Positions 19,091 through 28,933 of a DNA stretch of 51,795 nucleotides are shown piece by piece. Location of the stretch: the NCBI GenBank assembly GCA_964366355.1, contig CAYITO010000002.1, positions 1 to 51,795 on the forward strand, in the 5' to 3' direction. The notes under the pieces are model-generated. The model made no database searches. It was given only the letters and a program-made list of their open reading frames with translations, and was not told where the DNA came from. This stretch comes from an uncultured archaeon (GTDB lineage Archaea; Aenigmatarchaeota; Aenigmatarchaeia; CG10238-14; SCSR01). A program made the translations under genes and the position numbers. How positions within the stretch are numbered: position 1 is the first letter of the stretch; each line of letters begins with the position of its first letter.

Positions 19091-19455
19091 CTCTGGTCCC
19101 CAGCTAGGAGAAGGTGGCAATGGTGATCGAGCAAAATCATAACCTCCTCTCTCTCTAATTTTTCATGTATTTCTCTACCCCTTTCTTGACCAACCGTTTC
19201 AATATCACTTAATTATGTAGATTTTACAGATACAGAAAAAAGCAGCGCGGCAAAAAGATTAGCACTTCCTGAACCCAAAGACATTTGATATAAGAAATTC
19301 TATAGAGAGGTTCTTTAGAACCATGAAAGAAACAACCAAATCATTCTACAATAACTTTCCTTACAAGGATATTATTGCAGGCATTAAAGTTGACAGTATG
19401 TTATGGACTTAAGAAACAAGATTTATAACTAAATACTAAATTATTGCAGGGTTAT

Positions 19456-20286
19456 ATGCAATTAATAAGAAAAGGCAAAGTTAAAGACGTATATGATTAC
19501 GGCAATAGTAAATTACTTTTTGATTTTTCCAACCGTGTTTCTGCATTTGATGTTATACTGCCTTCGGAAATACCTAAGAAAGGCGAAGTCTTATGTAGGC
19601 TTGGTGAATTTTTCTTCAAAACACTTGATGTGCCAAACCATATGCTGGAAGTCATCAGACCGAACAAAATGATTGTGAAAAAACTTGATTTGATACCTAT
19701 AGAATGTGTTGTTAGAGGTTATTTGTACGGAAGTTTATATGAAAGAGTAAAAAACAGTGAAGTAAAACTTGATGGTGAGCCGATTTTAGCCAGCAAATTG
19801 CCAGAGCCTATGTTCGATCCTACTACAAAATTTGAGGAAAAGGATAGACCAATAACAAAAGATGAAATTACAAATGATAAGAAGTGGTTGACAGAAGAAG
19901 AATACGAATGGTTGAAGAACAAAAGTATCGAGCTATACAAGAAAATTTCACAAATTGCTGATAAGGCTGGATTTATCGTCGCCGATATCAAGTTTGAATT
20001 TGGCAAAGATGGAGAGGGCAATATACTTTTAGCTGATTCTATCGGACCTGACGAGTTTAGAATGTGGGATAAGAATAAATATGAAGTTGGTAAATCACAG
20101 GAGGCTTTTGACAAGCAGTTGGTTAGGGATTGGTTGATTGTTGCTGGCTATAAAAACGAGTTGGATAAAGCTAGAAAAGAAGGAAAAGGTATACCTAAAC
20201 CCCCTCTATTATCTGACGATATTGTCAGGAAAGTTACTGAAACTTACATTTATGTTTTTGAGAAGCTAACTGGGGAGAAATTTTAG
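19456..20286 (+). CDS. purC: SAICAR synthetase (PurC)
   Basis: MQLIRKGKVKDVYDY ... archaeal/bacterial PurC. The ORF-track start at 19444 is probably 4 codons too long. Confidence 0.85.
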   Translation: MQLIRKGKVKDVYDYGNSKLLFDFSNRVSAFDVILPSEIPKKGEVLCRLGEFFFKTLDVPNHMLEVIRPNKMIVKKLDLIPIECVVRGYLYGSLYERVKNSEVKLDGEPILASKLPEPMFDPTTKFEEKDRPITKDEITNDKKWLTEEEYEWLKNKSIELYKKISQIADKAGFIVADIKFEFGKDGEGNILLADSIGPDEFRMWDKNKYEVGKSQEAFDKQLVRDWLIVAGYKNELDKARKEGKGIPKPPLLSDDIVRKVTETYIYVFEKLTGEKF

Positions 20287-20398
20287 TTTTTTATATTTCA
20301 TTCTACACTAAACCAAAATTCAGCCATACAAATCCCTTTGTAAAGTAAAGAAATAAGCTCTATCTTTTAATTCCTTAAGTCGTTGGAAACTCTTTAAA

Positions 20399-20905
20399 TC
20401 AAATCTTTGAGAAAGATGACGATTTAGGGCTAATGCAAGTTCTCTTGGTATTTCCGTTTTCAGTTAATAAAGCCATTCTCATATGAAGTGCAGCATACAA
20501 AGGATTTTCAAATGGTGCAAATACTAACTCATCGCCATCGTGTAAATTTATTTCATACATAGTTGAATTAGTTTGAATTATTCTCGCTCCAATTTGCTGC
20601 AATCTTCTTAATTTATTGTCAGATTCGTTTCTGACCTGAGTAAGTCTTCTTTCGCTAGTAGTTTCCTGTCTTTCCAGAGCATTTTGTAAATTAGCCATCA
20701 TTTGCCCTTGTTCTTCATAAGCATTTTGCTTACTTGATAAATCCCATTTTAATCTTCGGTTATCTTTTTCCAATCCTTTTAACTGTCCTGATAAATCGTA
20801 TACTTCATGTCTTAACTGTACTGCTTCTGCTACAGCACTCCTTCTTCTCTCTTTTTCACGCTTTAATGCCCATTTTCTACCAAATAGAAAATCGAGTAAA
20901 TTCAT
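20399..20905 (-). CDS. Coiled-coil protein of unknown function. Its N-terminus MNLLDFLFGRK is reminiscent of ESCRT-III/PspA-type N-termini, which is speculative
   Basis: Heptad-rich and charged throughout. The start is assigned to an ATG 4 codons inside the ORF-track TTG start. Confidence 0.4.
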   Translation of the reverse strand: MNLLDFLFGRKWALKREKERRRSAVAEAVQLRHEVYDLSGQLKGLEKDNRRLKWDLSSKQNAYEEQGQMMANLQNALERQETTSERRLTQVRNESDNKLRRLQQIGARIIQTNSTMYEINLHDGDELVFAPFENPLYAALHMRMALLTENGNTKRTCISPKSSSFSKI

Positions 20906-20957
20906 AATCTTTCTCAATGTAGTGAAGTATTTAAGTTTATTTTCTAATCATCGCTTT

Positions 20958-21392
20958 ATGGTAACTAATATTGAACAAAAGCATAGTGTAAGGCTTGGAC
21001 CTTATCACAGAGTCATAGACGAACGCGGTAGAATAGCATTTAGAGGTACTGCTAATGTGGATAAAATAAGCCAAGCATATATTTATTGCGATGGATATTG
21101 GCCAATTTTAGTATCGCAGTCACCACCAGATGGAGATTTTCAATTTAATTATCTCGCACGATTAGACGGACAGGGGCGCATTCAATTGCCCGCAGAGATT
21201 AGAAATGCGTTAGGTATAAAGTTACCAACCACAGTTATTGTAAATGAGATGATAGTCCATGGAAATGGGCTAGATAGATATGAAGTACACTATGGACATG
21301 GAGGATACAAACCTACCAAAACTGAACCAAGAGGAGTTCTCCAACGCTTATCTGGGTTATTTTCCCGCCTAACGTCCTCTTTGTATCATTAA
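20958..21392 (+). CDS. Tandem AbrB/SpoVT-like (MraZ-like) double swapped-hairpin DNA-binding protein
   Basis: Two D-x-x-GRI motifs (DERGRIAFRG and DGQGRIQLPAEIRNALGI). An alternative GTG start lies at 20922. Confidence 0.45.
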   Translation: MVTNIEQKHSVRLGPYHRVIDERGRIAFRGTANVDKISQAYIYCDGYWPILVSQSPPDGDFQFNYLARLDGQGRIQLPAEIRNALGIKLPTTVIVNEMIVHGNGLDRYEVHYGHGGYKPTKTEPRGVLQRLSGLFSRLTSSLYH

Positions 21393-21446
21393 CCAATACA
21401 CAACTTTTAAACCTTATCTACAAATCTATATTTACCCTGTGGTAAC

Positions 21447-22787
21447 ATGTCAGTCCATCCAATAGAATACCGCTACTTCTATCCAGAAATGAAGAAACTA
21501 TGGACTGAAGAAAATAAACTTGAAACTTGGTTGAAAGTTGAGGCTACATTGGTAAAAGTTCATGCAAAACTCGGAACTATACCTCAATCTGCTGCAGATG
21601 AGATAGTAAAAAAGGCAAATTTGAATTTCGTAAAATTGGATAGAGTCAAGGAAATTGAAGAGGAAATACAGCACGATTTGATGGCCATGGTTAATGCATT
21701 AACCGAGGTCTGCGATGGGGAAGCTAAAAATTATGTCCATCTGGGAGCCACTTCTTATGACATAGAGGATACTGCGCTTGCACTGCAATTAAGAGATTCG
21801 GTGAAAATAATAGAAAATGACTTGAACGAATTAAAAGGTGGTTTGCTAAATTTAGCAAGTATCCACAAAGAAACCATCTGTATCGGAAGAACCCACGGAC
21901 AGCATGCATTGCCCACAACTTACGGAATGAAATTTGCACTCTGGGCAACGGAAATGAAAAGGCATATGGAAAGGCTTGATGATGTCAAGAAAAGAATTTT
22001 GGTAGGAAAGATGAGTGGAGCAGTTGGAACTAGCGCAAGCCATGGTGAAAAAGCTGAAGAAATAAACAAACTAGTGATGCAAGAGTTGAATTTAGGACAA
22101 GTGTTAATAACAACACAAGTTATTCAAAGGGACAGACATGCCGAATTACTAATGGATTTAGCATTAATAGCTGCAACTTTGGATAAGATTGCAAAAGAAA
22201 TTAGAAACCTACAGCGGACGGAGATAGCCGAGGTCATGGAGCCTGTAAAAGCCAAGCAGGTAGGCTCATCGGCTATGCCCCACAAAAGAAATCCGCACAA
22301 AAGCGAAAGGATATGCGGATTGGCCAGAATTATAAAATCGTTTGCACTTACTTCCTTGGAGAATGTATCTTTGGAACATGAAAGAGACCTAACCAACTCG
22401 GCTCCAGAAAGAATAATTTACCCAGAAACGTTCATTCTTCTCGACTATATGCTTAGACAGATGTCGCAGATAATGAATGGGTTGGAATTCAATTATGGCA
22501 ATATCAAAAGGAATTTGGAAATGACAAAAGGATTGATAATGACTGAGCATGTGATGAACGGTCTGGTGAAAAGGGGTATGGGGAGGCAGGAAGCCCATGA
22601 ATTTCTAAGAAACTGCTCTTCAGAGGTAATCAAAACTGGCAAAAGTCTAAAGGAAGTTCTGTTTGAGAAAGGCATATCCCAATATTTTACAGAAGAGGAA
22701 TTGGATTGGTACTTAGAACCTAAGAACTATATTGGTAACTCAATTGGATTGGTTGAAAATGTGATAAGAACTTTGGGCAAGTCCTAA
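21447..22787 (+). CDS. purB: Adenylosuccinate lyase (PurB)
   Basis: 446 aa fumarate-lyase superfamily with the signature region GSSAMPHKRNP. Confidence 0.9.
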   Translation: MSVHPIEYRYFYPEMKKLWTEENKLETWLKVEATLVKVHAKLGTIPQSAADEIVKKANLNFVKLDRVKEIEEEIQHDLMAMVNALTEVCDGEAKNYVHLGATSYDIEDTALALQLRDSVKIIENDLNELKGGLLNLASIHKETICIGRTHGQHALPTTYGMKFALWATEMKRHMERLDDVKKRILVGKMSGAVGTSASHGEKAEEINKLVMQELNLGQVLITTQVIQRDRHAELLMDLALIAATLDKIAKEIRNLQRTEIAEVMEPVKAKQVGSSAMPHKRNPHKSERICGLARIIKSFALTSLENVSLEHERDLTNSAPERIIYPETFILLDYMLRQMSQIMNGLEFNYGNIKRNLEMTKGLIMTEHVMNGLVKRGMGRQEAHEFLRNCSSEVIKTGKSLKEVLFEKGISQYFTEEELDWYLEPKNYIGNSIGLVENVIRTLGKS

Positions 22788-22829
22788 ACTACAGACAAAG
22801 CTTAATAAATTACGCTGTTATAATAAAAT

Positions 22830-23975
22830 ATGCTGGAAAGGAAAGAATTACAGGAAATTGCTTCGAATTATTCTAATGTAACTATCGGTGTTTTGGGCTC
22901 TCATTCTGCCGAGGAAGTTGGAATTGCCGCCAGGATATTTGGCTTTCCTACAGTTATCATATGCCAGAAAGGCAGGGATGATCTGTATGCCAAACACAAC
23001 AGACATCTATTCGATACTTTTATCACGCTGGACAAATTTTCAGACATGCTCAAAGACAATGTTCAGGAGAGATTGCGAGAATTAAACACGGTCTTCATAC
23101 CAAATCGCTCGTTTTCGGTGTATGTGGGCTATGATGGCATAGAAAATTCATTCAAAGTCCCTTTGTACGGCAACAGATTCCTTTTAAGGACGGAAGAGAG
23201 AACAGAATCAAAAAATCAATATTGGCTGCTTGAGAAGGCTGGAATAAGAATCCCGAAAAAGTTCAGTTCGCAAGATGAAATTGATAGGCTGGTAATAGTT
23301 AAAGTTCAGCAAAAACACAGGCCTAATGAAAGGGCGTTTTTCTACTGCAGCTCCAGCGAAGAGTTTGAAAAGAGATCAAATGAACTGCTAGGGAAAGACA
23401 TGATAACCAAAAATGATTTAGAGAAGGCGAGAATAGAGGAATTTGTCCTCGGTCAGAAATTCAATGCAAATTTCCACGGCTGGATAACAAAAGAAATTGG
23501 TGATTTTGATTTTGTTGGTTTTGACGAAAGAAAGCAAACCAACTTGCATGGAATATTGTCTTTGCCTGCAAAGGAGCAAATATCTGTAGATGTGCCGATA
23601 GTGAATGAGGAGGTTGGCCATTCAGGATTGACAATGAGGGAATCTCAAAAACCTTTAGTTTATGAGGCGGCTGAGAAATTTAGGAAAGTATGTGAAAAAG
23701 AGTTTGTACCCGGAATATTCGGATTGTTTGCCTTGCAGGGAGCATTGGCTTATGATAACAATAAACTGGAATTTTTTGTGTTTGATGTCAGTCCAAGAGT
23801 TCCCGGAGCGCCTGCAGTCGGTCCGACTTCGCCGGAAATGAGAAGACTTACGCTGAAATATGGAAATTTGCTGTCGCAATTCAATATGCCAAAAATTGAA
23901 TCGCCGATGGACTTATCTATGCTTGAAATAAAGTATGCTATTAAAAACAAGAGGCTTGATGATGTGGTTACATGA
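22830..23975 (+). CDS. purP: FAICAR synthetase PurP (ATP-grasp, formate-dependent), paralog 1
   Basis: IGVLGSHSAEEVG ... VPLYGNRFLLRTEER matches the archaeal PurP (MJ0136-like) family. Confidence 0.75.
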   Translation: MLERKELQEIASNYSNVTIGVLGSHSAEEVGIAARIFGFPTVIICQKGRDDLYAKHNRHLFDTFITLDKFSDMLKDNVQERLRELNTVFIPNRSFSVYVGYDGIENSFKVPLYGNRFLLRTEERTESKNQYWLLEKAGIRIPKKFSSQDEIDRLVIVKVQQKHRPNERAFFYCSSSEEFEKRSNELLGKDMITKNDLEKARIEEFVLGQKFNANFHGWITKEIGDFDFVGFDERKQTNLHGILSLPAKEQISVDVPIVNEEVGHSGLTMRESQKPLVYEAAEKFRKVCEKEFVPGIFGLFALQGALAYDNNKLEFFVFDVSPRVPGAPAVGPTSPEMRRLTLKYGNLLSQFNMPKIESPMDLSMLEIKYAIKNKRLDDVVT

Positions 23976-25120
23976 TTACAAAAGAAAAAATCAATGAAAC
24001 CCTGGAGAAGTTCGACAAGAATAAGATTACTATAGCCACAATCTGCTCCCATTCTGCTCTGCAAATATTTTTTGGCGCCAAACAGGAAGGTTTCAGGACT
24101 TTGGGAATTTGCAGCAGTGATACGCAGAAAAAATCCTATCAGGCATTTCAGTCATCCGCCCCTGATGAATTCCTGAAAGTTGAAAGCTGGAAGGATATTT
24201 TAGACGAGGGCTTCCAAGAGGAATTGATCAAGAAAAATGCTGTAATTGTTCCACACGGCTCGTTCGTAGAATACGTGGGCACAGATAATTTGTTGAACAA
24301 TCTTAAGGTTCCGATGTTCGGGAACAGACAAAGCCTAGAGTGGGAATCTGACAGGAACAAACAGAGGGAATGGCTTGAGAAGAACGCTGGACTTGAGATG
24401 CCAAAAGAATACAATAGAAATGAAGTGCAGCAGGGCAAACTTTATTTTGTCAAGTTCGGCGGGGCAAAGGGAGGAAAGGGCTTTTTCAAAATCAGATCGG
24501 CTGAACAGATTGACGAGGAAATAGAAAAGATGGTTAAGATAAAAATGTTATCGAAAGAGGATGTAAAATCAATCACTATTCAAGATTATATTCCTGGCAG
24601 CAGATATTATCATCACTTTTTCTTTTCCCCATTATCGAACAATGGCTGGGAGATTAATTACAATAGTCGGCCAGTTGGCGGAGTGACTTTGATGGGAATT
24701 GACAGAAGGGATGAAACTAACATCGATGATCTGCATAGAACAGGATTGAATCCAAGCGAGATGAGGGAAATTGGTATCATGCCGAGCTACAGCGTTGCTG
24801 GAAATACGCCGTTGATTGCAAGGGAATCCCAGTTGCCCAAAATTTTTGAACTGGCTGACAAATCTGTTAAAGCATCCATTAAATTGTTCCCTCCTGGAAT
24901 GGTGGGTCCATTTTGCATAGAAACGTTCTTCACACCTGAAATGAAATACATAGCATTTGAAGTATCTTGCAGGATTGTCGCGGGAACTAACCTGTATCCA
25001 TCCGGCTCGCCATATACAGTTTATGCATTCGGCGATGCTGCTATATCCACCGGCAGAAGAATCGCCCAGGAAGTCAAAACTGCAGTAAAAACTAATCAAC
25101 TAGAAAAAGTAATTTATTAA
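23972..25120 (+). CDS. purP: FAICAR synthetase PurP, paralog 2
   Basis: KITIATICSHSALQIFFGAKQEGFRTLGI ... VPHGSFVEYVG ... VPMFGNRQSLEWESDRNKQREWLEKNAGLEMPKEY is a close match to archaeal PurP. It overlaps paralog 1 by 4 bp. Confidence 0.85.
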   Translation: MITKEKINETLEKFDKNKITIATICSHSALQIFFGAKQEGFRTLGICSSDTQKKSYQAFQSSAPDEFLKVESWKDILDEGFQEELIKKNAVIVPHGSFVEYVGTDNLLNNLKVPMFGNRQSLEWESDRNKQREWLEKNAGLEMPKEYNRNEVQQGKLYFVKFGGAKGGKGFFKIRSAEQIDEEIEKMVKIKMLSKEDVKSITIQDYIPGSRYYHHFFFSPLSNNGWEINYNSRPVGGVTLMGIDRRDETNIDDLHRTGLNPSEMREIGIMPSYSVAGNTPLIARESQLPKIFELADKSVKASIKLFPPGMVGPFCIETFFTPEMKYIAFEVSCRIVAGTNLYPSGSPYTVYAFGDAAISTGRRIAQEVKTAVKTNQLEKVIY

Positions 25121-25122
25121 TT

Positions 25123-25617
25123 ATGAACAAAAAGGCCCTGCTTGAATCTGCTTTATTTGTTTCTGACAAGCCGTTGAGCCTGCAAAGACTGTCGGGCTTG
25201 GTTGGTGTTGGTTCTCAAGAGGAAATCAAGGAACTCGTAGAAGAGATGCAGCAAGATTTGGAGAAAGTCGACAGGGGTTTGGAACTGATTGAAACGCCTG
25301 AAGGCTATGAATTAAGAGTAAAGACGGAATATAGAGACCGCGTTGCCAGGCTTGCACCATTCTCGGATTTATCGGATGGCATGATGAGGACTCTGGCGAT
25401 AGTTGCAGTGAAGCAGCCAGTCAAACAATCGGTCATCGTCAGGTATCAGGGAAATAAGGCATATGGTTACATAGCTGAATTGGAAAAGAAGGGCCTGGTG
25501 AAGACGGAAAAGTACAGCAGGACCAAGCTGGTAAGCACAACACCAGATTTTGACAAATATTTTGGGAAGAGCAGCGTCGAGATCAAGAATATTCTGAAAG
25601 AGGAAGCCAAATCCTAA
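25123..25617 (+). CDS. scpB: Segregation and condensation protein B (ScpB)
   Basis: ESALFVSDKPLSLQRLSGL ... two winged-helix repeats. Confidence 0.75.
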   Translation: MNKKALLESALFVSDKPLSLQRLSGLVGVGSQEEIKELVEEMQQDLEKVDRGLELIETPEGYELRVKTEYRDRVARLAPFSDLSDGMMRTLAIVAVKQPVKQSVIVRYQGNKAYGYIAELEKKGLVKTEKYSRTKLVSTTPDFDKYFGKSSVEIKNILKEEAKS

Positions 25618-25648
25618 TTTATATATCTAGATTGCCAATAAAATTTCT

Positions 25649-26113
25649 ATGCCAAGGCCAAATTGGGATGAATATTTTATGGAGATGGCACACGTTGCCA
25701 AAAAGCGTTCTACATGCCTCTCTAGGCAAGCTGGCGCGGCCTTGGTGAAAGACAATCGGGTTATAGCAACTGGCTATAACGGAACCCCATCAAAGACAAA
25801 ACACTGCAACGAAGGTGGCTGTCAAAGGTGCAAGAACAAGATGGATGGAATCACGCCATCAGGGTCTGATTTAAGCAATTGTGCATGCTGCCATGCCGAG
25901 GAAAATGCAATAGTTCAAGCCGCTCTGCATGGTGTAAGTACGAAGGATACAACATTATATACAACATTCACTCCCTGCACACTGTGCTCGAAGATGATAA
26001 TCAATGCTCAGATAAAAAGAGTTGTTGCTGGCGAGGAATATAGTGACGACTTGGGCACGAAACTTCTAAGAGAAGCTAGTGTTCAATTGGATTTGTTCGA
26101 TTCTAAGAATTAA
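25649..26113 (+). CDS. dCMP/CMP deaminase (zinc-dependent cytidine deaminase family)
   Basis: HAEENAI ... PCTLCSKMII zinc-binding motifs. Confidence 0.8.
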   Translation: MPRPNWDEYFMEMAHVAKKRSTCLSRQAGAALVKDNRVIATGYNGTPSKTKHCNEGGCQRCKNKMDGITPSGSDLSNCACCHAEENAIVQAALHGVSTKDTTLYTTFTPCTLCSKMIINAQIKRVVAGEEYSDDLGTKLLREASVQLDLFDSKN

Positions 26114-26126
26114 AAGCTAAAAAAGT

Positions 26127-28001
26127 TTAAATCACGCCTGCTCTGACCAAAACCACTGCTATGATTATCACTACAACTACTATTGCGATTATAGGCAGTA
26201 CATCACCGCCTGCGCCTGGCACTGTTGGTGTTGGGGTTGGAGCTGGTGTTGGTGTGGGTTTCGGAGTTGGAGTCGGGGCTGGAACAGTACTGGGTACACT
26301 TGGAGCGGCCTCTTCAAATGAAATTGCAAATACTGAAAATCCAGGTGTCTCGGCTTCATAAGTTATGATGTCCGTGCCCTCCAAAACTTTGGTTGTGCTT
26401 AACCTGTTCCATACGCTATTTGCGAATCTGTTCAAATACATCTTGTCTGCATTTGCATTATTTGCAGTAATCCATTGCTTCTCTACTTTGAATTTGATTT
26501 TAGCCTTGTCTATAGAGCTTTCAGGCAGTCCAGATGGTTTTATATCCAAGTATCTGAATATTTTTCCTGGAGCTTCTGTCACATCTGCAGGCTTTGCATC
26601 CAGCTTATTTACAGTAACATAAACAGAAGTGACATCATTCTTTACAGTAATCGATATAGATGCTACATCACCTGTTTTGATTTCTGCTATCGCCTCTTTG
26701 CCTGCCGACACCTTTGCAATAAATACCTGTGTCTTTCCTTCTGATGGTGTTGAGACAACTGGCACTGATATGGTGGATGTTGTTCCAGGTCCTCCTGGTG
26801 CTGACGGCAGAAGCGTAATGGAGAACTTGACCTTCGATTCTGCTTTGTTGCTTGATGGGTCTGTACATTGCACCGTAATTGTGTGATCCCCGCTATTCAA
26901 ATCGCTAAGGGTAATATCTACACCTTGGCTTAGGGTCTTGAAGTTTCCGGTATTAATCTTATAATCACAACCTGTTGTGCCTGCCACGTTATCGCCAGCA
27001 TTGGCCTTAAATATGACTGTTGCTTCTGTGAATGCACTGCCGCCTGTAGGTTTAAGTATGTTAACATTTGGGTTTTCATTGTCGTTGGCAGTTATAATTA
27101 CTGTCACATTGGAAGCTGTGAAGTTTACATTCCCAGGGTTCAAAAATACTGTTGCGTTGTATGACCTGTTTGATAGCTGGGGTATAGAAGTAATGTTCAA
27201 GCCACTATCTCCTTGTATGTTCGTGAAGTTGAGCATTTTCCATCCAGAGATGTTGGTGTTCAGGCCAATGTATATAATTTCTCTGGTGGCGTTAGTAGTT
27301 ACACGGGAGTTGGTTGCATTGCTAAGGGTACTTGTTCTATTTTCATGGGCGGATATGTTGAATATCATATTTTCATTATTGACAAAATTATAGGTTCTGT
27401 TTCCGTTTGTTCCATTGAGCATGATAGATAGGTTTATCGGATGCTGTGGCACATAGAAGGTAACAGTTGTGGAGTTACCGAGTCCTCCTCCTACCGCAAG
27501 TGCATCTGTAGTATTGTAGGTACGTATTGTCAAGTTCCAGTTCCCAGCTGCTCCCAACTCTGTCTGGCTTATGTTAATCCACCACATGCCCCCTGTATCG
27601 TTGCCCATAAATGTGACATTAGTTCCTGAACCGTTCAACAGTCTGCCACTTGAATAAAATGTGAAGTTCAAGCTGCGGTTGTATGTTCCATCGCTGTTAT
27701 TTGCAGTGAGATTTTGATAAGCAAAAGTCCAAGTAACATTTGAAATGTTATAAAAATCAGTGGTCGCTGCAGTTGCATTATGTGTTATGTTTATAGCAAA
27801 ACTGTATATGTTAGAAGCGTTATATGTCTGGTTCCCTAAGTTCTTTATAGTGACATAAGACTCGTTTGTAGATAGATATGAGAAGTTTCCTCCAGTCATT
27901 TTAAACTGTGGAGTTGCCAACGCAGAAATCGACATTACTGATAAAGAAACCAAAGCTGTAAGAAAAACTAGCAATAATTTCGTTTGTGGTCTGTCAACCA
28001 T
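26127..28001 (-). CDS. Secreted cell-surface (S-layer-like) glycoprotein with an N-terminal signal peptide, dozens of N-x-S/T sequons, a Pro/Thr linker and a C-terminal TM anchor
   Basis: Signal peptide MVDRPQTKLLLVFLTALVSLSVMSISALA. More than 30 N-x-S/T sequons by eye. The C-terminus is PSTVPAPTPTPKPTPTPAPTPTPTVPGAGGDVLPIIAIVVVVIIIAVVLVRAGVI. Confidence 0.7.
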   Translation of the reverse strand: MVDRPQTKLLLVFLTALVSLSVMSISALATPQFKMTGGNFSYLSTNESYVTIKNLGNQTYNASNIYSFAINITHNATAATTDFYNISNVTWTFAYQNLTANNSDGTYNRSLNFTFYSSGRLLNGSGTNVTFMGNDTGGMWWINISQTELGAAGNWNLTIRTYNTTDALAVGGGLGNSTTVTFYVPQHPINLSIMLNGTNGNRTYNFVNNENMIFNISAHENRTSTLSNATNSRVTTNATREIIYIGLNTNISGWKMLNFTNIQGDSGLNITSIPQLSNRSYNATVFLNPGNVNFTASNVTVIITANDNENPNVNILKPTGGSAFTEATVIFKANAGDNVAGTTGCDYKINTGNFKTLSQGVDITLSDLNSGDHTITVQCTDPSSNKAESKVKFSITLLPSAPGGPGTTSTISVPVVSTPSEGKTQVFIAKVSAGKEAIAEIKTGDVASISITVKNDVTSVYVTVNKLDAKPADVTEAPGKIFRYLDIKPSGLPESSIDKAKIKFKVEKQWITANNANADKMYLNRFANSVWNRLSTTKVLEGTDIITYEAETPGFSVFAISFEEAAPSVPSTVPAPTPTPKPTPTPAPTPTPTVPGAGGDVLPIIAIVVVVIIIAVVLVRAGVI

Positions 28002-28206
28002 AATAATCTTTATTTTTCCTTATTTATAAATATTTGTTTAAGCGAATCAGCCTCGCTTTCGTTTGTTATATTATTGTGAAACTCTTATATAAACCTGCTT
28101 TTTTACCATTTCACTATGTTATAATAGTTAATTATTGTTAGGCTATAGAAGGCCTTTCTGAAGTTTTAGCTTTATTTTCTGCTCTATTCGGCTTCGTTTT
28201 TTTATT

Positions 28207-28884
28207 CTACTGACGCTTTGCCACAAGAACAAACTGATACGCAAATATGGTGGGGAAAAGGACTGCCAAAAGATACAGGAAATTATAGATAATGCCGAAT
28301 TTGGACAATGACGGATAAACAAGCTGTATTGGTATGGGGGTAAATTTTATCCTCTCAATCTCAAATCTTCTCAACAGTTGAGTTGCAGACTTCAAGGTAA
28401 AAAATCTCAAATGGGTTCTATCTAAAATGCCTTTGTCTTGGTATCCAAACCTGCCGAATAACAGGTTTAACCGCATATATATATTGGCAACATTGGGCAA
28501 GGAAACTATAATTCTTCCGCCTTTTTTTAAAAATTTGGAAAAAAGGGCTAAAACTGCATCCGGATTCCTTAAATGCTCTAGTACATCTGCGAAGACGATA
28601 TAATCAAACCTCTCCTTTATCTTTGGAACAGATGCTTCCAAATCTAATGTGAAAACCCGTTTGTAGGCGCCCCTGCACCTTCTTGCAGCTTCCTTGTCTT
28701 TATCTATCCCAAAAACTGTACAACCTTTGTTCCTTATTAGTCTTCCAATTATGCCATCATAGCACCCGACATCCAAAACTTGAGTATTGGACTGGATTAA
28801 TTTTGCAATTTGGTTATGACTGCTAAACCGGTCATCTTTATAGGCGTATTTTTTTATCATAATATCACAAAGAATTAATTTCAT
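28207..28884 (-). CDS. Class I SAM-dependent methyltransferase
   Basis: VLDVGCYDGIIG (motif I) ... DYIVFADVLEHL. Confidence 0.75.
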   Translation of the reverse strand: MKLILCDIMIKKYAYKDDRFSSHNQIAKLIQSNTQVLDVGCYDGIIGRLIRNKGCTVFGIDKDKEAARRCRGAYKRVFTLDLEASVPKIKERFDYIVFADVLEHLRNPDAVLALFSKFLKKGGRIIVSLPNVANIYMRLNLLFGRFGYQDKGILDRTHLRFFTLKSATQLLRRFEIERIKFTPIPIQLVYPSLSKFGIIYNFLYLLAVLFPTIFAYQFVLVAKRQ

Positions 28885-28933
28885 TTATGGAGTATCTATA
28901 AGTTATTGATAAAATGGCACATGGTGTAGGAAT

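Noticed and set aside
26161-26361. A Gly/Val-rich ORF (GVGVGAGVGVGFGVGVGAG).
   Set aside because: It is the reverse-complement reading of the Pro/Thr linker of the surface glycoprotein gene, a frame artefact.
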